From: a virus
DNA: 64,000 nt
Direction: 5' to 3' (one strand)
IMG/VR virus record: IMGVR_UViG_3300045988_176106
The notes beneath the pieces were generated by a model. That model had not been told where the DNA came from, did not search any database, and saw only the letters and a list, made by a program, of their open reading frames with translations. Shown here piece after piece: positions 35,901 through 47,700 of the stretch. The first letter of the stretch is position 1. Each line of letters opens with the position of its first letter. The position numbers were made by a program, and so were the translations under genes.

Positions 35901-36773
35901 TATAAAACTTTCGATAAATCATATATTCCTGAGCATACTCAAGAAAAAAGAAATATAGATAATTACTTTGATGCATTAGAATACTATAAACAAATGAAGG
36001 TTTATAGAGAAAACGCTAAAGGTAATTTATTTATGGCAAATCAGGCCAAAGCTAAAGCATATAAAACAACATATGGTGCATTAGCATCAGGACTAGATTC
36101 TGAATCAGATGTAAGTTCTGCATATATGGGTTTATCTAGCGAAGAGAAACAATACTTTACTTCATTCGTTAATGCAAAAGATTCCGATAGAGAAAGAATA
36201 GCGTCTATTGTCGATGGTAATAATATATCAGAAATATACAAGATGTTATGGAGTAGGAAGGATGTTATAGAGTCCGGAGGAGATATATCAGAATATCTTC
36301 AAGATGAAGAGCAGCAACTTATACAAAGCAATCGTCAAGTATACAATGCTTATGAAAGAAGTGGAGATGCCGATATAGGCATATCATTTAGGGAATATCT
36401 ACAAGAAAAAAGAGCAGAGAAACTTATAGTAGATGCAACAGGTATGCCTGACGAAGAATTTGCAGGATGGGACCCAAGATTAAATGTAAAAGATATAAAA
36501 CTTAGAACATTAAATATTGGTGGAGAGAATGCAATAGAATTCGGATACTATCAGGATGACCAAGATGATCTAAAAAGACAATCGGCAATATTAGCAGAAG
36601 ATCAAGTAACTACTCAATTAAAATCTATAAGAAGAACAAAAGCTCAGCAAAGATTTGATACCTCAAATATGATAAAAGATGAATTATATCGTAATGGTAT
36701 AAGAGCAGTAAATGTAAATATAAGCAATAGTGGTCATGGTGATTTTGATATGACCGTATATAATAGGCAATAA
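32949..36773 (+). CDS. Giant tail-internal/ejection protein candidate (1274 aa) with three hydrophobic segments in its first half
   Basis: I prefer the ATG at 32949 (2 nt after the upstream stop; MSAQNLAANIFG...) to the listed ATG at 32871. Hydrophobic segments GAVKLGILGAAYY, LLRLAGFPLVGAMLAGTVAY and ALAGLALALPFLPGALAG. The C-terminal two-thirds is aromatic-rich. Confidence 0.8.
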   Translation: MSAQNLAANIFGRKVFDEGIQPGDVKSPYNMYTSDDVNTYEDIQATKEIIGSITKYGLSAGALFTVKELLKRQSAQNKLRDYITLSYLSESINGTADDAVRAYGGRVTLTNLAMNTARAFEELSPFSILKTFQTSHIMQPFATKTGEHFFTPELLKYQKKYFEELAHKYGNRGITSADISTGILYKDGKLFSSSGEEIISNARLVTSEWTGHTGGHDEGSMYNKILRRHILRHQDMSAQSRKEIFDLSKNILDTEAPFTVIADTKDTNINKGWIKSVIGQGVAQGFNMVNEPLGFVEELGGTLFNENNSVFRFINKYGKINPHANADMKIADLAVGYVRHGAVKLGILGAAYYTLDNMAKVIGTSGSGYDQGIIEGVSTTAVNAKIAYAEMVSDRFEEYTTQQEYVAPGSTSLLRLAGFPLVGAMLAGTVAYSKRVVPSVLSDEGYKAGQRMAHTQGDVISSGVSQLVSNTSIESSLGRIGNTKKWAMRGALAGLALALPFLPGALAGESSDSIKDRYLYGEDVEQRSNALWFSGSTDIEGGGIKYFTKNWYQRLMAGNKDKILYGDGDTKEELNPFLNPIDYLQNPYRLEEMHQDDMPYPIWGMDVSVGGWAGKIFERTIGQIIKPDRINPNMAQLMENPNSIDQDYYASDENSYAFAYNFGDITRKPSFEVPVNYSNVEQSLINDDMITKRKNLTYSPYAESAQYIYNSASDYIGLKGWAISGALSEFAVGDFSQKDQLARSGESTNVAREFVEQNLGGLFGAADILRRIVPMSSSVLYDRANPLHNSVAPSWLPSGEYYTNFSKGNYYGHVDLGYDRMPGLGYEYYNPEVKGLNLEDYPDIHKFKVLSDVAYGSSEFYNAKELMESKYNSGEMTESEIVIYETTWDQLQRRAQKKTFAEYKTDEDYDNVSVGGELLGKLWETITHNAELPTERLTFFRPAGKLLHQRTAIEDYEKTQLIASDTALWNEPFKHFIRPFMEESYKTFDKSYIPEHTQEKRNIDNYFDALEYYKQMKVYRENAKGNLFMANQAKAKAYKTTYGALASGLDSESDVSSAYMGLSSEEKQYFTSFVNAKDSDRERIASIVDGNNISEIYKMLWSRKDVIESGGDISEYLQDEEQQLIQSNRQVYNAYERSGDADIGISFREYLQEKRAEKLIVDATGMPDEEFAGWDPRLNVKDIKLRTLNIGGENAIEFGYYQDDQDDLKRQSAILAEDQVTTQLKSIRRTKAQQRFDTSNMIKDELYRNGIRAVNVNISNSGHGDFDMTVYNRQ

Positions 36774-36775
36774 AT

Positions 36776-39700
36776 ATGGATCCAATTAAACAACCTAAAT
36801 TATTACTAGGTGGCGCAATAATAGGCGCTATGTCACAAGACCCAGAAGACCATCCAATAGCATCTGCATTAGGTATGGGAATAGGAGCTTATGTAGGTAA
36901 TTCACTGCAAATATCTAAAAGGGTATCTAGAGCTAGAAAAGAAATAGCAGACGATATATCATTTAACAGGGCTGACCTTTCTGGATACAGGGGATTGTCC
37001 AGAAGGGCAGCTAATAGGTTCGTAGATAAATTTGCTAGGAATGCAAAAGAAATGCATATGAATCTAAGTGCCCAAGCATATGCATCTCTAAATATAGGTA
37101 GATTTGGTAGTAACACAAGCAGTAGAGAAGCGCAGGTTGCTCTGTCTGAAATGCATAAACTTACACAACAAGGTATGCAGTCATACAAAGAGGCCGTAAA
37201 AAGAAACTTCTCAATGATATATGGACAAGATATAACATCTGTTATTGGCAATGATTTGTTCGACAATATATTTGAGTCATGGTTAAACAATAAAAACCTT
37301 GAGCAGATAAAACAAACATTGCCTACCCATATAAAAGATAAAAATGTGTTATCTGCTCTACTTAGCTCTTCAATGCCTAATGCAATAACGGGCGTATTAG
37401 ATGCAGAAACTGGACTCCTTATCCCTACATCTAGCCTACAAAAACTAAACCTTTCTAGTGTACCAGAAACAAACTTTAATAGAGGTAAATCTCTTGATCT
37501 AAGTATAAGTGCAACATCAGAACAAAAGACTGGTGCAATAAAAGAATATCTTGTAAAAGAACTTAATTATCCTGAAATAGAGGCATTTAGAGTAGCCTCA
37601 AATATAGGTAATAATACTGAAAACAGCAAGATAAGCTTTGAAGGTAATAAGATAAGTATAACAAAAGATGGTGTTACTGGCTCATTACATATGGAAGAGT
37701 ACAGTAAAGATGGATCTAAATTTGTATCTAAGGGCGGGAATATATATTCTGCTGAATCATATAATCAATTCCAGCTTCTTGGCGACAGTACAAAAGTAAA
37801 AGGCAATATATATACAAATACAAGTGGACCATTTTCATCATCATCTCCAGAAGTAAAATCACAAGTATTTACTCCTGTAGAGTCAATGCTATTTGAACAC
37901 TTAAATACAAATAAATCTCTTGAAGAGGTATCTAAGAAATTTTCTGACAGAATAGAATATATAGGTCCTAAAACAGATTTAGTAAAACTATCTGATATGC
38001 CTATAAAAAATAAACTTACTAATATAAGTGAACAATTTTACCGTAATGATATAACAAGAGAGATACAGGGTATAAGATCAATTAATGCAGAAGAGTATAA
38101 AAATATTATTGAAAATATAGAAATAGATAGGATGAGAAATGGCCTTAATCCTGGATTCAATAATATAAGACACTCTGACCAGGCAAAAGTGTTTATGGGT
38201 GATAATAATAAATCCGTATATACCGGCATAGTGTCATCTCCTGATCGTGATGCTACATATGCATCACGAGGAAATATATCTGTATCTGGTGATAATAGCG
38301 AGCTAAATAGAGCTGTTAAGGAATTATCAAATAGTGGTGTAGATGCATCATCATTTAATGGTGTTAAAAGTATAGGATTTAACGCTGTTGGATATGATTA
38401 CAACTATAGCTTAGGAAGCTGGGTAACTGGTACTGCTATAGGCGACGGCCAATCAATAATACAAGAGTCAGATTATACCGTTAGAAAAGCAACAACTATA
38501 TCACTTGGCAACAAAGATTTTGTAGCATCTAGTGATGCAGCAGAAAAGATACAGTCACTTATAAACGGTACAAATGAGGGACCGGTTACATTCAAAGGTG
38601 GAGAACTTTTAGGTTTTTCAAATGGCGAAGAAGTAAGGGCACCTAGACATTTTGAAACAGTAGAATTATCACAAGTAGTAAACTCTGCAGGAAAATATAA
38701 ACTAATTGGTGCCGGCACATCATCTCTATCAAACAATGATGACAACATTGTAAAACTATTCGGAGATCTTAAATCTAATGCAATCGTATTGGATAAACAT
38801 TCTTATAGAAAAGCCATGTACGGATATGCAATGTCAGAACTTGGACTTGTATCAGCAGATACTTCAAACGGGCTTAAGTTTTCTATAAATAAGTTTAGCG
38901 AAATAGGTAAGAATAATTTTCACGCTTTAGTAACTGGACTTATGGCTGCAGATGAAGAGCTGGGAAATACAGGAGAAGGAACTAAAAAATTCTTCGATAG
39001 ACTTCTAAACCTTGTAGACACATCTGATAATAGCAATGCTAGAAGAATACGAGAATATCTTGAAAATAATTCTAGTATAAATTTTGGCGCACAATGGATG
39101 GTTAGAGGATCTGACACGAAAATAGGTTCACAGATATCTGAAGCAGATAGGGCTATTAGAAAGTATAGATTTAGCCCTGATCAAGATACCCTAAAGAATA
39201 TAGTAAATAGAATAGTTGATTCTACAGAATTAGATTCCGAAGGCAGAATAAGTCCAGCAGGAAGAGAATTCGCTAGAATCAAAAAAGAAATAGACGTTTC
39301 TGGTAAGGTTAGTGATGCTAACCAATCTAAACTTATAGGTGCTATATTCGCAAACAATGCGATGTCAGATGGTAAATCGTCTCAAACAGCAATGTCTACA
39401 ATGATAGACATGATAAGTAAAATTGGCTCACAAGCTAACTCTACTGTAAAATTAAATCTTGCCGGGGTTGATATAGATGTAGATCCTAATAATATAGAAA
39501 AAAGTATAGCTAAATATATCAAAGAATCATCATCAAGAATGATTGACTATTCAAATGGCAGAATAAGTCCAGATGATATGTTTAAATCATTACAAGATGA
39601 TTTTTCATCATTATATGGAACTATAAGAAAAAATAATAGGACTGCATTAGGTATGAGTTCATTTGGTGTATTACAAGAGGGCACAAGGGAACTTACAGGT

Positions 39701-41770
39701 TCTAATACTGTAAAAGCAACTATGGACTGGATGGCATCAGATCAACTTAGAGCAGCTGGACTATCTATGGAGTCATTAGAATTACTTGGCGAAGCAAATG
39801 AAGATGCTAGATATGAGCTAAGGTCTAGGAAACTACAAACAATGGTCGAAGGACAAAGTATAGATTCTATATTTGGAGATGATCCTAAGGCTATAAGAGA
39901 CTTATTCGAATCTAGAAATAGAGAAGAATTTGCTGCTAAACATCTGAGAGATCTCGTAAACAATGATGGGGTTGCATCTGTTAAATTAGTAGTTCCAGAT
40001 GGAATGTCATCTAAAAAGATAGGATTAAAATCTTTATCTATAAATCTCCTGAACAGTGATAATAGCGGTATAAAAGATATAAATGGATCAGACGTTATGG
40101 CTGATATAGATAAGCTAAAACGTAATACCCTAGTGTCAATGATGGAATATCAAAGAGCTATCAGAGATGGCGAAAACCAAAGGTATATAGATATAGCAAA
40201 AGAATCATATCTAAAGGATCTTGAAGAACTTAAGGCAAAATTAAAATCTACCAATACTACAGTAGCAAAAGCTGCCACAAGAAGAACTGCCAGAAATGGT
40301 GTTACTGCAACTGCAATTTCTTTAACAGGCGCTGCAGAAATTATAAGGGCAGAAGAGGAGAAAGCTGGACGTAATGCTGTATTCTTAAATGAAGAGACTG
40401 CTAGAGCATTAGGATTTAAACTAAACAGAAAATCTAAATCTCCGTATGAAATAAAAAATAGTTTAGGCTTAGTAATACGTACACCTGCATCAAGTTCATT
40501 AAGTGCACAGGCTGTAACATTCTTTGTTGATCCATCTATAAAGCAAAATGGTACAGTTATATCTATGGGCGAAAACCAGTTAGCATCAGCATCTGGGGAC
40601 CTTGATGATGACAAAATACATGTATTTAGAGCAGACGATATAAATAACCCTAAATTAAATAAAGAATTAAGAAACTTGATGAGATTACAAAATGATATAT
40701 TTGTAAATGAAAAAGAGTTCTTAAAAACATTTAATACAAAAATGGCGGAGATGGAACAATATGGAGTTGTAAATCCTTTAAAGTCTGGAGCAAAAACTGT
40801 TGCAGAAGATCAATTCCAGGAAAATATACTTAAACAGGTTAAATCTCAGCAACGTAAATTTAGTGCTGCTGAGATAACCGAGTTCCAACAGCTACTATCT
40901 CAATCAATAGAAAGTAAAAGAAGAGCTGACTTATCTGAAGCTGTAAAAGTATTAGGGATTGATGATCCTGCTAGGAAAGTTATAGAAGATTCTATTAATA
41001 AAAGAGCATTTATGGCTCAGGCTGTAGCCGGAGCAATGCAAGAGAACGTACTTAAAACTGTTCGTTCTGGATCAAATGCGAATTCATTATTAGAAACTAT
41101 AGCATCCATGAGGGAATCTGCAGGTAGTAGTAGGTTTGCATCATATAGCCAAATAGGTGAATGGGTAAAAGGTGTAACCCCTGAAATATTTAACGGCGCA
41201 GAACACTTTGTCGATATTGGTAATTTTATAGGAGATGCAGTATCCACATATGGCGCTGATATAACTCTAAATAATCCAAATATGGTTGGTTCTAAATATA
41301 CTGGTAAACAGGCTGATAAAATAGAGGCAGCAATACCTAGAATACCAAAAACAGTGGCAAGAGAAGCAGATATTAGCCAAGAAGTATTGTCAAAAGCTGC
41401 AACTAATGCTACTATTGATACTGCTACTGATATAGGAAATCAAATTATTTCAACTATAAAAGCTAACAAGAAATCAATACTCTTAGGTGGATTAGGATTA
41501 GGAATAGTAGGATTAACAGTTGGGGCAGAGTCACCAAGTACAACCTCTCCAATGTATAATTCTCCTACTGCAAGAACAAATCCTACATTGCCAGTAATAG
41601 AAAACAATTCTGCATACATAACAGATGGCGCACAGGCACAATCTGTATCAGTTGCCGGATATCAAATAGATAATAGAAGTAACGACAGATTGAAGCAGTC
41701 ATTAAGAAGTATGCTTCAAGGTGATTCTGTGTCAAGAAGTACAATTAGGTTCCAGAATCAAAATTATTAG
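36776..41770 (+). CDS. Tape measure protein candidate (1664 aa)
   Basis: Directly upstream of the gpD-like hub gene, as in P2/Mu-type tails. Long, largely helical/low-complexity sequence. Gly-zipper segments at the N-terminus (LLLGGAIIGAMS, ALGMGIGAYVGN) and near the C-terminus (ILLGGLGLGIVGLTVGA). Confidence 0.5.
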   Translation: MDPIKQPKLLLGGAIIGAMSQDPEDHPIASALGMGIGAYVGNSLQISKRVSRARKEIADDISFNRADLSGYRGLSRRAANRFVDKFARNAKEMHMNLSAQAYASLNIGRFGSNTSSREAQVALSEMHKLTQQGMQSYKEAVKRNFSMIYGQDITSVIGNDLFDNIFESWLNNKNLEQIKQTLPTHIKDKNVLSALLSSSMPNAITGVLDAETGLLIPTSSLQKLNLSSVPETNFNRGKSLDLSISATSEQKTGAIKEYLVKELNYPEIEAFRVASNIGNNTENSKISFEGNKISITKDGVTGSLHMEEYSKDGSKFVSKGGNIYSAESYNQFQLLGDSTKVKGNIYTNTSGPFSSSSPEVKSQVFTPVESMLFEHLNTNKSLEEVSKKFSDRIEYIGPKTDLVKLSDMPIKNKLTNISEQFYRNDITREIQGIRSINAEEYKNIIENIEIDRMRNGLNPGFNNIRHSDQAKVFMGDNNKSVYTGIVSSPDRDATYASRGNISVSGDNSELNRAVKELSNSGVDASSFNGVKSIGFNAVGYDYNYSLGSWVTGTAIGDGQSIIQESDYTVRKATTISLGNKDFVASSDAAEKIQSLINGTNEGPVTFKGGELLGFSNGEEVRAPRHFETVELSQVVNSAGKYKLIGAGTSSLSNNDDNIVKLFGDLKSNAIVLDKHSYRKAMYGYAMSELGLVSADTSNGLKFSINKFSEIGKNNFHALVTGLMAADEELGNTGEGTKKFFDRLLNLVDTSDNSNARRIREYLENNSSINFGAQWMVRGSDTKIGSQISEADRAIRKYRFSPDQDTLKNIVNRIVDSTELDSEGRISPAGREFARIKKEIDVSGKVSDANQSKLIGAIFANNAMSDGKSSQTAMSTMIDMISKIGSQANSTVKLNLAGVDIDVDPNNIEKSIAKYIKESSSRMIDYSNGRISPDDMFKSLQDDFSSLYGTIRKNNRTALGMSSFGVLQEGTRELTGSNTVKATMDWMASDQLRAAGLSMESLELLGEANEDARYELRSRKLQTMVEGQSIDSIFGDDPKAIRDLFESRNREEFAAKHLRDLVNNDGVASVKLVVPDGMSSKKIGLKSLSINLLNSDNSGIKDINGSDVMADIDKLKRNTLVSMMEYQRAIRDGENQRYIDIAKESYLKDLEELKAKLKSTNTTVAKAATRRTARNGVTATAISLTGAAEIIRAEEEKAGRNAVFLNEETARALGFKLNRKSKSPYEIKNSLGLVIRTPASSSLSAQAVTFFVDPSIKQNGTVISMGENQLASASGDLDDDKIHVFRADDINNPKLNKELRNLMRLQNDIFVNEKEFLKTFNTKMAEMEQYGVVNPLKSGAKTVAEDQFQENILKQVKSQQRKFSAAEITEFQQLLSQSIESKRRADLSEAVKVLGIDDPARKVIEDSINKRAFMAQAVAGAMQENVLKTVRSGSNANSLLETIASMRESAGSSRFASYSQIGEWVKGVTPEIFNGAEHFVDIGNFIGDAVSTYGADITLNNPNMVGSKYTGKQADKIEAAIPRIPKTVAREADISQEVLSKAATNATIDTATDIGNQIISTIKANKKSILLGGLGLGIVGLTVGAESPSTTSPMYNSPTARTNPTLPVIENNSAYITDGAQAQSVSVAGYQIDNRSNDRLKQSLRSMLQGDSVSRSTIRFQNQNY

Positions 41771-41779
41771 GAATAAGAA

Positions 41780-44700
41780 ATGTCAAGATTTACCTTTTCA
41801 ATAAATGGAATATTGGATATAGAACCAGTTTCTGTTGATAAAGTCAATAAATTTTATACAACACAAAATGAGTTCTTAAGGGACACATCTGTATTGACAT
41901 CTAAATCTCGATTTGCGGAGTCGCTACATTTAGCGACTTTCGCATTCGATTTGTCTAAAAGTGATAGTGTCGAAGAAATGTGTGACCTAATATCTATATG
42001 TAGGTCATTCCCATATATGTTCATAAGGTGTGAAGCTATGGGAACATCAGACTTAAGTATGCTAGGCTTAAGTATTGGTGATGGATACTTCATGTACGCA
42101 CTGCATGAATATGAAATTGAATTAGGTGCATCAGACAATATGCAAGGGATGGCTTTTGTATCTTTAAGATTACAAACTATCAACTGGAAACCTCTAGCAA
42201 AAACAATAAAATTCATATCTATAAATCAGCAATCTGAGTCAGAAAACAATTCTAAATCAATCTCCTCTAAATCTAAAAAATCCGGAAAATATAAAACAGA
42301 GTACGAGTTAAATCCTGGCGACTCTAACTTAATGAAAAAGTTAGTAGACTTTTACAGAAGGGATGTTGACAACTACAAAACACAAATAATAAATCAAGGT
42401 TACAATAGAGACTTTGACCTTTATCTTGGATACCCTATTGTATTTACAGATGCAGTTAAGTTGCATCGTGAATTACATGACTTATGTTGGGGAGAAGCAA
42501 GAACTTTTAGAATCCTTAAAAAAGTTGATTTGGCCGGAACAGATGCAAAAGATGGTCAACAAACAAATGCGAATATATCTGAAGTAAAATCTGATGAAGA
42601 AGTTAGATTTGATGAAACAGGTAGAATAAATGTAGGGTGGAAAAGAGAATTAATAGGCGGAACTAATTCTACAAAAAATAAAGATAATGTAGCAATACAA
42701 TCTATAAATATAAGAAGACGTAATAGATTTGCTAACCAAACAATACAGGATTTTAGTTATCCATATTGCCAATATCTTGGACACTCTCCTACAGAAATAA
42801 ATATATCAACAGTGACAAATCATGAAGAAGGAATGGATGCGGCATCTGCTGCAATGGCAATTGACCGCGTAGATGAATTTACAAAAAATATTAGAGTTAC
42901 ATATCCTGCATTAAAAGGTTTAGATGTTATAGCTATTGAAAATCCAATAGTTAATGCTATGGGTGTAAAATATGTAATAATAGATTCATCTCAGTCATCT
43001 ACAACTGGAAACATGAATAATATTATTACAAATAACTATTCATTTGTAGAGTCTGATTCTACAGACTTCTTGGAGAATAGTAAATTTGTAAAAGCTTCAA
43101 GTAAGGAAGCTTATAACGATATATTAGCTCAAGCAGAGACAATAAAAGATCTGCTAGCAATGGCCAATATAGAATCTAAAAAGGGTGCTAACACATCATC
43201 ATTAAAAGATGTGCTTGATAAGATAAACAAGCCTATAATAAAGGCTATTGATGAATATAAAGTTTATATAGATTCGGCAGTTAAAAAGGCTGATGATCCA
43301 ACAGCTGATATAGGCTTATTCCTTGAACCTATGCTTAGAAGCAAAAAGTATAAAAACATGACAGACACAGAAAAGTCTACAATGTTTATCAAGGAATACC
43401 TAAAAGCAATAAAAAGTCATTCGGCAACACAGTCTGAGGAAAGGGTTTTAAGAGAGCGTCTTAGAAGCTTTGAACAGGCAGTTACAAGAGCATATAAGGA
43501 TGCTCTTGGTAGCTCATTTAATAAATACACTATTGATGCATTATCTAAAGACCTAGAAAAAGAAAAAGAATACTATAAAACTCATAAAAGTAGTACATCT
43601 TTTTCTGGTGAAGCAATTCCAGATATGAAATATAAAGAAATATTTCATGATATGCCAAAAACAGAAGAGTATTCTTCATATAGAGATTTGCCATCATTGC
43701 CATTCGTGTATGACCAACAAATATTTGATGGCGAAAAGATAATGGCCAAATGGGAACAATCTTCTCCGCTTATAGATGAGATACTTGAAGATACAAATTC
43801 TATGGTGAATGGACCTGGAAGCAGCACTGACAGAACAAATAACTTCACAAAGGTCAACGCTGTTGCATCATCTGGAACTATAAATCCAGACGGAACTGTA
43901 TCTGCCGGCAGTGTAGATAGTGTAAATGGACAACTAGATGCTAAAACACTTAAAGGTGCACAATTAGGTGTACATGGTGCATCTGGAATATGGCTAAAAG
44001 ATTTATCATCAATAATGAAATATGTTCGTATATCGTCTCCTTTTGGTATGAGACGCGGAGGATTTCATCATGGCATAGACTTAGCTGGTCCAACAGGAAC
44101 TCCTATATATGCAGCAGCAGCAGGTAAGGTTACTGTAGCTTCCAATAGAGGAAGAGGTGGTAACTCTGTATATATTCAACATTCTGGGGGTATAACAACA
44201 TGGTACATGCACTTAAGTGCTTTTGCTGTTAAACCTGGACAACCTGTAATAGCTGGCCAACTAATAGGATTTTGTGGAAGCACTGGACATTCAACTGGCC
44301 CACATTTACATTATCAAGTAAATATAAACGGCAAGCCTGTAGATCCTGCCGCATTCCATAATTCAATAAATGGAGTAGCACGTCAAAGCAATCAACAAAA
44401 TATCACTCCTCCAGATTCAATCAAGAAGAAAAGTTGGTTAGAAAACCTTGGTGCATCAATTGCCGGAACCAATGGACAATCTGCAATAGGGTTAGGTATA
44501 ACTCCTGCAGGATCAGATAAGCAAAAAGCAAAAGATGGATTGGCATTGCCAAAAGAATCAGCAGCTATGCAATCTGCAGTCGCCAATGGATACCAACCAT
44601 TTACAGACTATAATTCTTATAATCTAGGTAAAAGCGGAGACCTTAAAGGTGTAGCAGCAGCATCTAGTGCTGGGTTTACAAGCCAAAAAGGTACATCACT

Positions 44701-47700
44701 TATAAATAGCACATTGCTTAGAGACTATGCAGGATCAATAGCAGCAATAGAGTCAAGGGGAAGATTAAATCCTACTGGAAATGAATCATATTTAGGTATG
44801 TATCAAATAGGTCTAGATGGACTTATGGATATAGGATGGATAAGAAAAACAGCTCCAAGACATAAATCATCGTTATACAATGATGCATATTGGACAATCC
44901 CAGGAGGATATAAAGCCTTTATATCTAGTAGAGAATTACAGGACCAAGCATTTGTATTATATACTCAGAAGAACATAGATTACTTGTCTGCTAAGCCTGG
45001 ATGGAATAAATTAACATTCCAGGATAAGGTATTGGCATTAGCTATGTCACATAATGGTGGACATAGCGCAGGATGGAAAGCGTTACAGGGCAAAGATAGT
45101 TATGATGGAAATCGTACATCTAGACAGCAATATGGTAGAGTCGCAATGTCTCTTTCAGCAGCTGTTGCAAAAGGTACTGCAGGTGTCGGCATGTTCAGTA
45201 GAGACGCTGCAGGGTATACATCAAATTATTATGACAATGTAGCTGTACAGCGTAATAATGAGTCAGTAGAATTTAATACCGATCCTACGCCTTGGGATCC
45301 TGAACTTCAAGGTAAGGCAAGAATTTCTAACATGGTAAAAGATTACACATGGGGGCTTGAGAAACTTATTCCAACATATAAGGTTTATCTTGTCCATGGT
45401 AATAATGAAAATACATTATTTAAACTTATAAATACCAGTGTGGAAGCAGTATATTATGAAATATCTACTGTAAGGAATATCCGTGTAGAAATGGCAAACC
45501 AAGATAATCCTGTTGCTGTTGCATACTTTGAAGTCCTAAACTCTTTAAATACATCAACAGATCCAACTACTGGTTATAATACTGCAGATAAACTTGGTAA
45601 TACTAAACTTGATATAACATCATTAGGAAGTGATTTTGCCAATGTAGTTGCTATGGATCAAATAAGACTTAAAGCAGGTAATAAAGTTCAAATAAGAATG
45701 GGTTATGGCAACAAAATAGATGACCTACCTGTAATCTTTAATGGTCTTATTACAGAGACAGATGGCGGAGACGTTGTAAGAGTTGTAGCAGAAGGATACG
45801 GAAGAGAACTTCAAAATGAGTTAATATTTGCCGGAGATGTATTGCCATTTACTACCTTTGCTAGTGATACTTCTGGTAGATATATTTCTGCAGCAATTGC
45901 AAGAATAGTTAAGAATGCTAGACTTCAACATTTTGGTGCAAACCCAAAAATTCTTGGAGAGGATGTAGATACAAACTCTACAGGAACTGCAGCTCAAGGA
46001 GTATCTGGACAAAGCGGATTCTCATTATCTAACTCACTATGGAATTCCGAATCAGGTGAATTCTTCTTCTACGATTTTAAAGGTCCAACTGATCATTTAG
46101 AAAACTTCTGGCTGATGAACGTTGATATGGTTGATAGATTCTTCGTTACAGAATGGAATGATTTATTTCCATTCTCTCTTAACGACTATTTTGTTAATTT
46201 CCCCGTTTTAAATAAAACAGTATGGGATGTCATAACAACAGGAAGAAGATTATTCCCTTCATCAGTATCTCTTGTTAAAAACATAGGTGCTAGATGCACA
46301 TTATTTACAGGAATAAAAGAACAGCTAATGGTAGGTTATGAAACTACACATTCTGTTGCATCAGAAGTATTTAGTAATATAAATGGCGGACTACTAGATA
46401 AAGAAGAGCAACATGCTCAAGAGGTTGAAGAGGTAGCAAATGCTACAAATATAAAAGGTAGTTTGGGCATCCCTGTAAATACAACCAATGGTATAAAGAA
46501 AAGACAAAAAGAAACAACAGCTAAATTTGAGGTGCTAAGAGATAATCCTGGACAAGTTGCAGATGCTGTAAGTTCTGTCATGGATTCAAGAACTATAGAC
46601 CCAACTGCATGGGTTCCTGCTACAAACTTCCATATGTTTAGTAGTGCTACTAATATAATTAGTAATCAGCTTAGATTAAATCAGGATATTATTACACAGG
46701 CAAATGTCGAGTATGGTTCAGACCCAGGAGACTTTGGAACTGGTAAAAACAAAATGTTCGATATGAAAAGTAATGGTGGATTAATGCCAGCATTCGTTAA
46801 ATCATCTTATCTAAGTGATAGCACATTAAATACAGAAGGTATGGCTATAAAAACTGGACAAGGATATCTTCTTGAAGAGTTAGAAAAAATGTATACCGGA
46901 AGTGTAATAATATCTGGAAATCCAGATGTTGCTCCAGGAGATTATGCTTATATATCTGACTCATTAAGACAGATGAGTGGTGTAATGAAGTGTAGGGAAG
47001 TTCAACATATCTTGACTGAAGACGACGGATATATTACAATAATTACACCAGGAATGTTTGTTGAACCTGCAACACATTTATATTCTTCACTGTATATCAA
47101 GCTAGGAATGTTCTATTCTATGTTAGCTCAAGGTCAGAGAGAATATGCTCTTGTATCTGTAAACTCATCACCAACTGGTGAGATGTACAGCAAGTTATCA
47201 ATAGCTCCTACTAATATAGGCTTTTGGAGTGTTGGATGGGCTACGGCAGGATCATTAGCATCAGTAGCTGCATCTGGAATGTTGCTTAAAACAGCCGCAA
47301 CTCGTATATCTGCTGCATTATGGGGTCCGATAACAGGTCATATAGCATCTGGATGGGCACGATTTAGTAAGGTAAACTTCATAGTAAGAGGTTTATCATC
47401 TATGAAAGGTGCATTAGGTGGAGTATGGGCAAGAATCGTAACAGCAGGAAGAACTATAAGTACAGCAATAAATGCTGTGAGAACTGTTGGAATTGTATCT
47501 AGTATAGGTTCGGGTGGACTTATAATGGCAGCTGGTATAACAATAATTGTAGCAGCAGTAGTTATAGCTGTATGGGGTATTCTTAAAAATGTTTGGGAAG
47601 CAAACAAGGAAAGAATAACCATGAGACATAGAGCGTTAATGAAAATGCCATTAACTGTATATGGTCAAGAATATACAGCTGGTCTATTAGGATGGAATGA

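Noticed and set aside
32949-41770. Virion-packaged RNA polymerase or toxin domains hidden in the 1274- and 1664-aa giants.
   Set aside because: I scanned the translations for single-subunit RNAP motifs (DxSxSGxQ-like motif A, RxxxKxxxxxxYG, HDS), HExxH, and obvious ART or nuclease motifs, and found none. Only remote-homology tools could settle this.
45054-45242. 62-aa alternative-frame plus-strand ORF inside the hub gene.
   Set aside because: Short, no Shine-Dalgarno site, and it overlaps the lysozyme-like domain of the main frame. Chance ORF.
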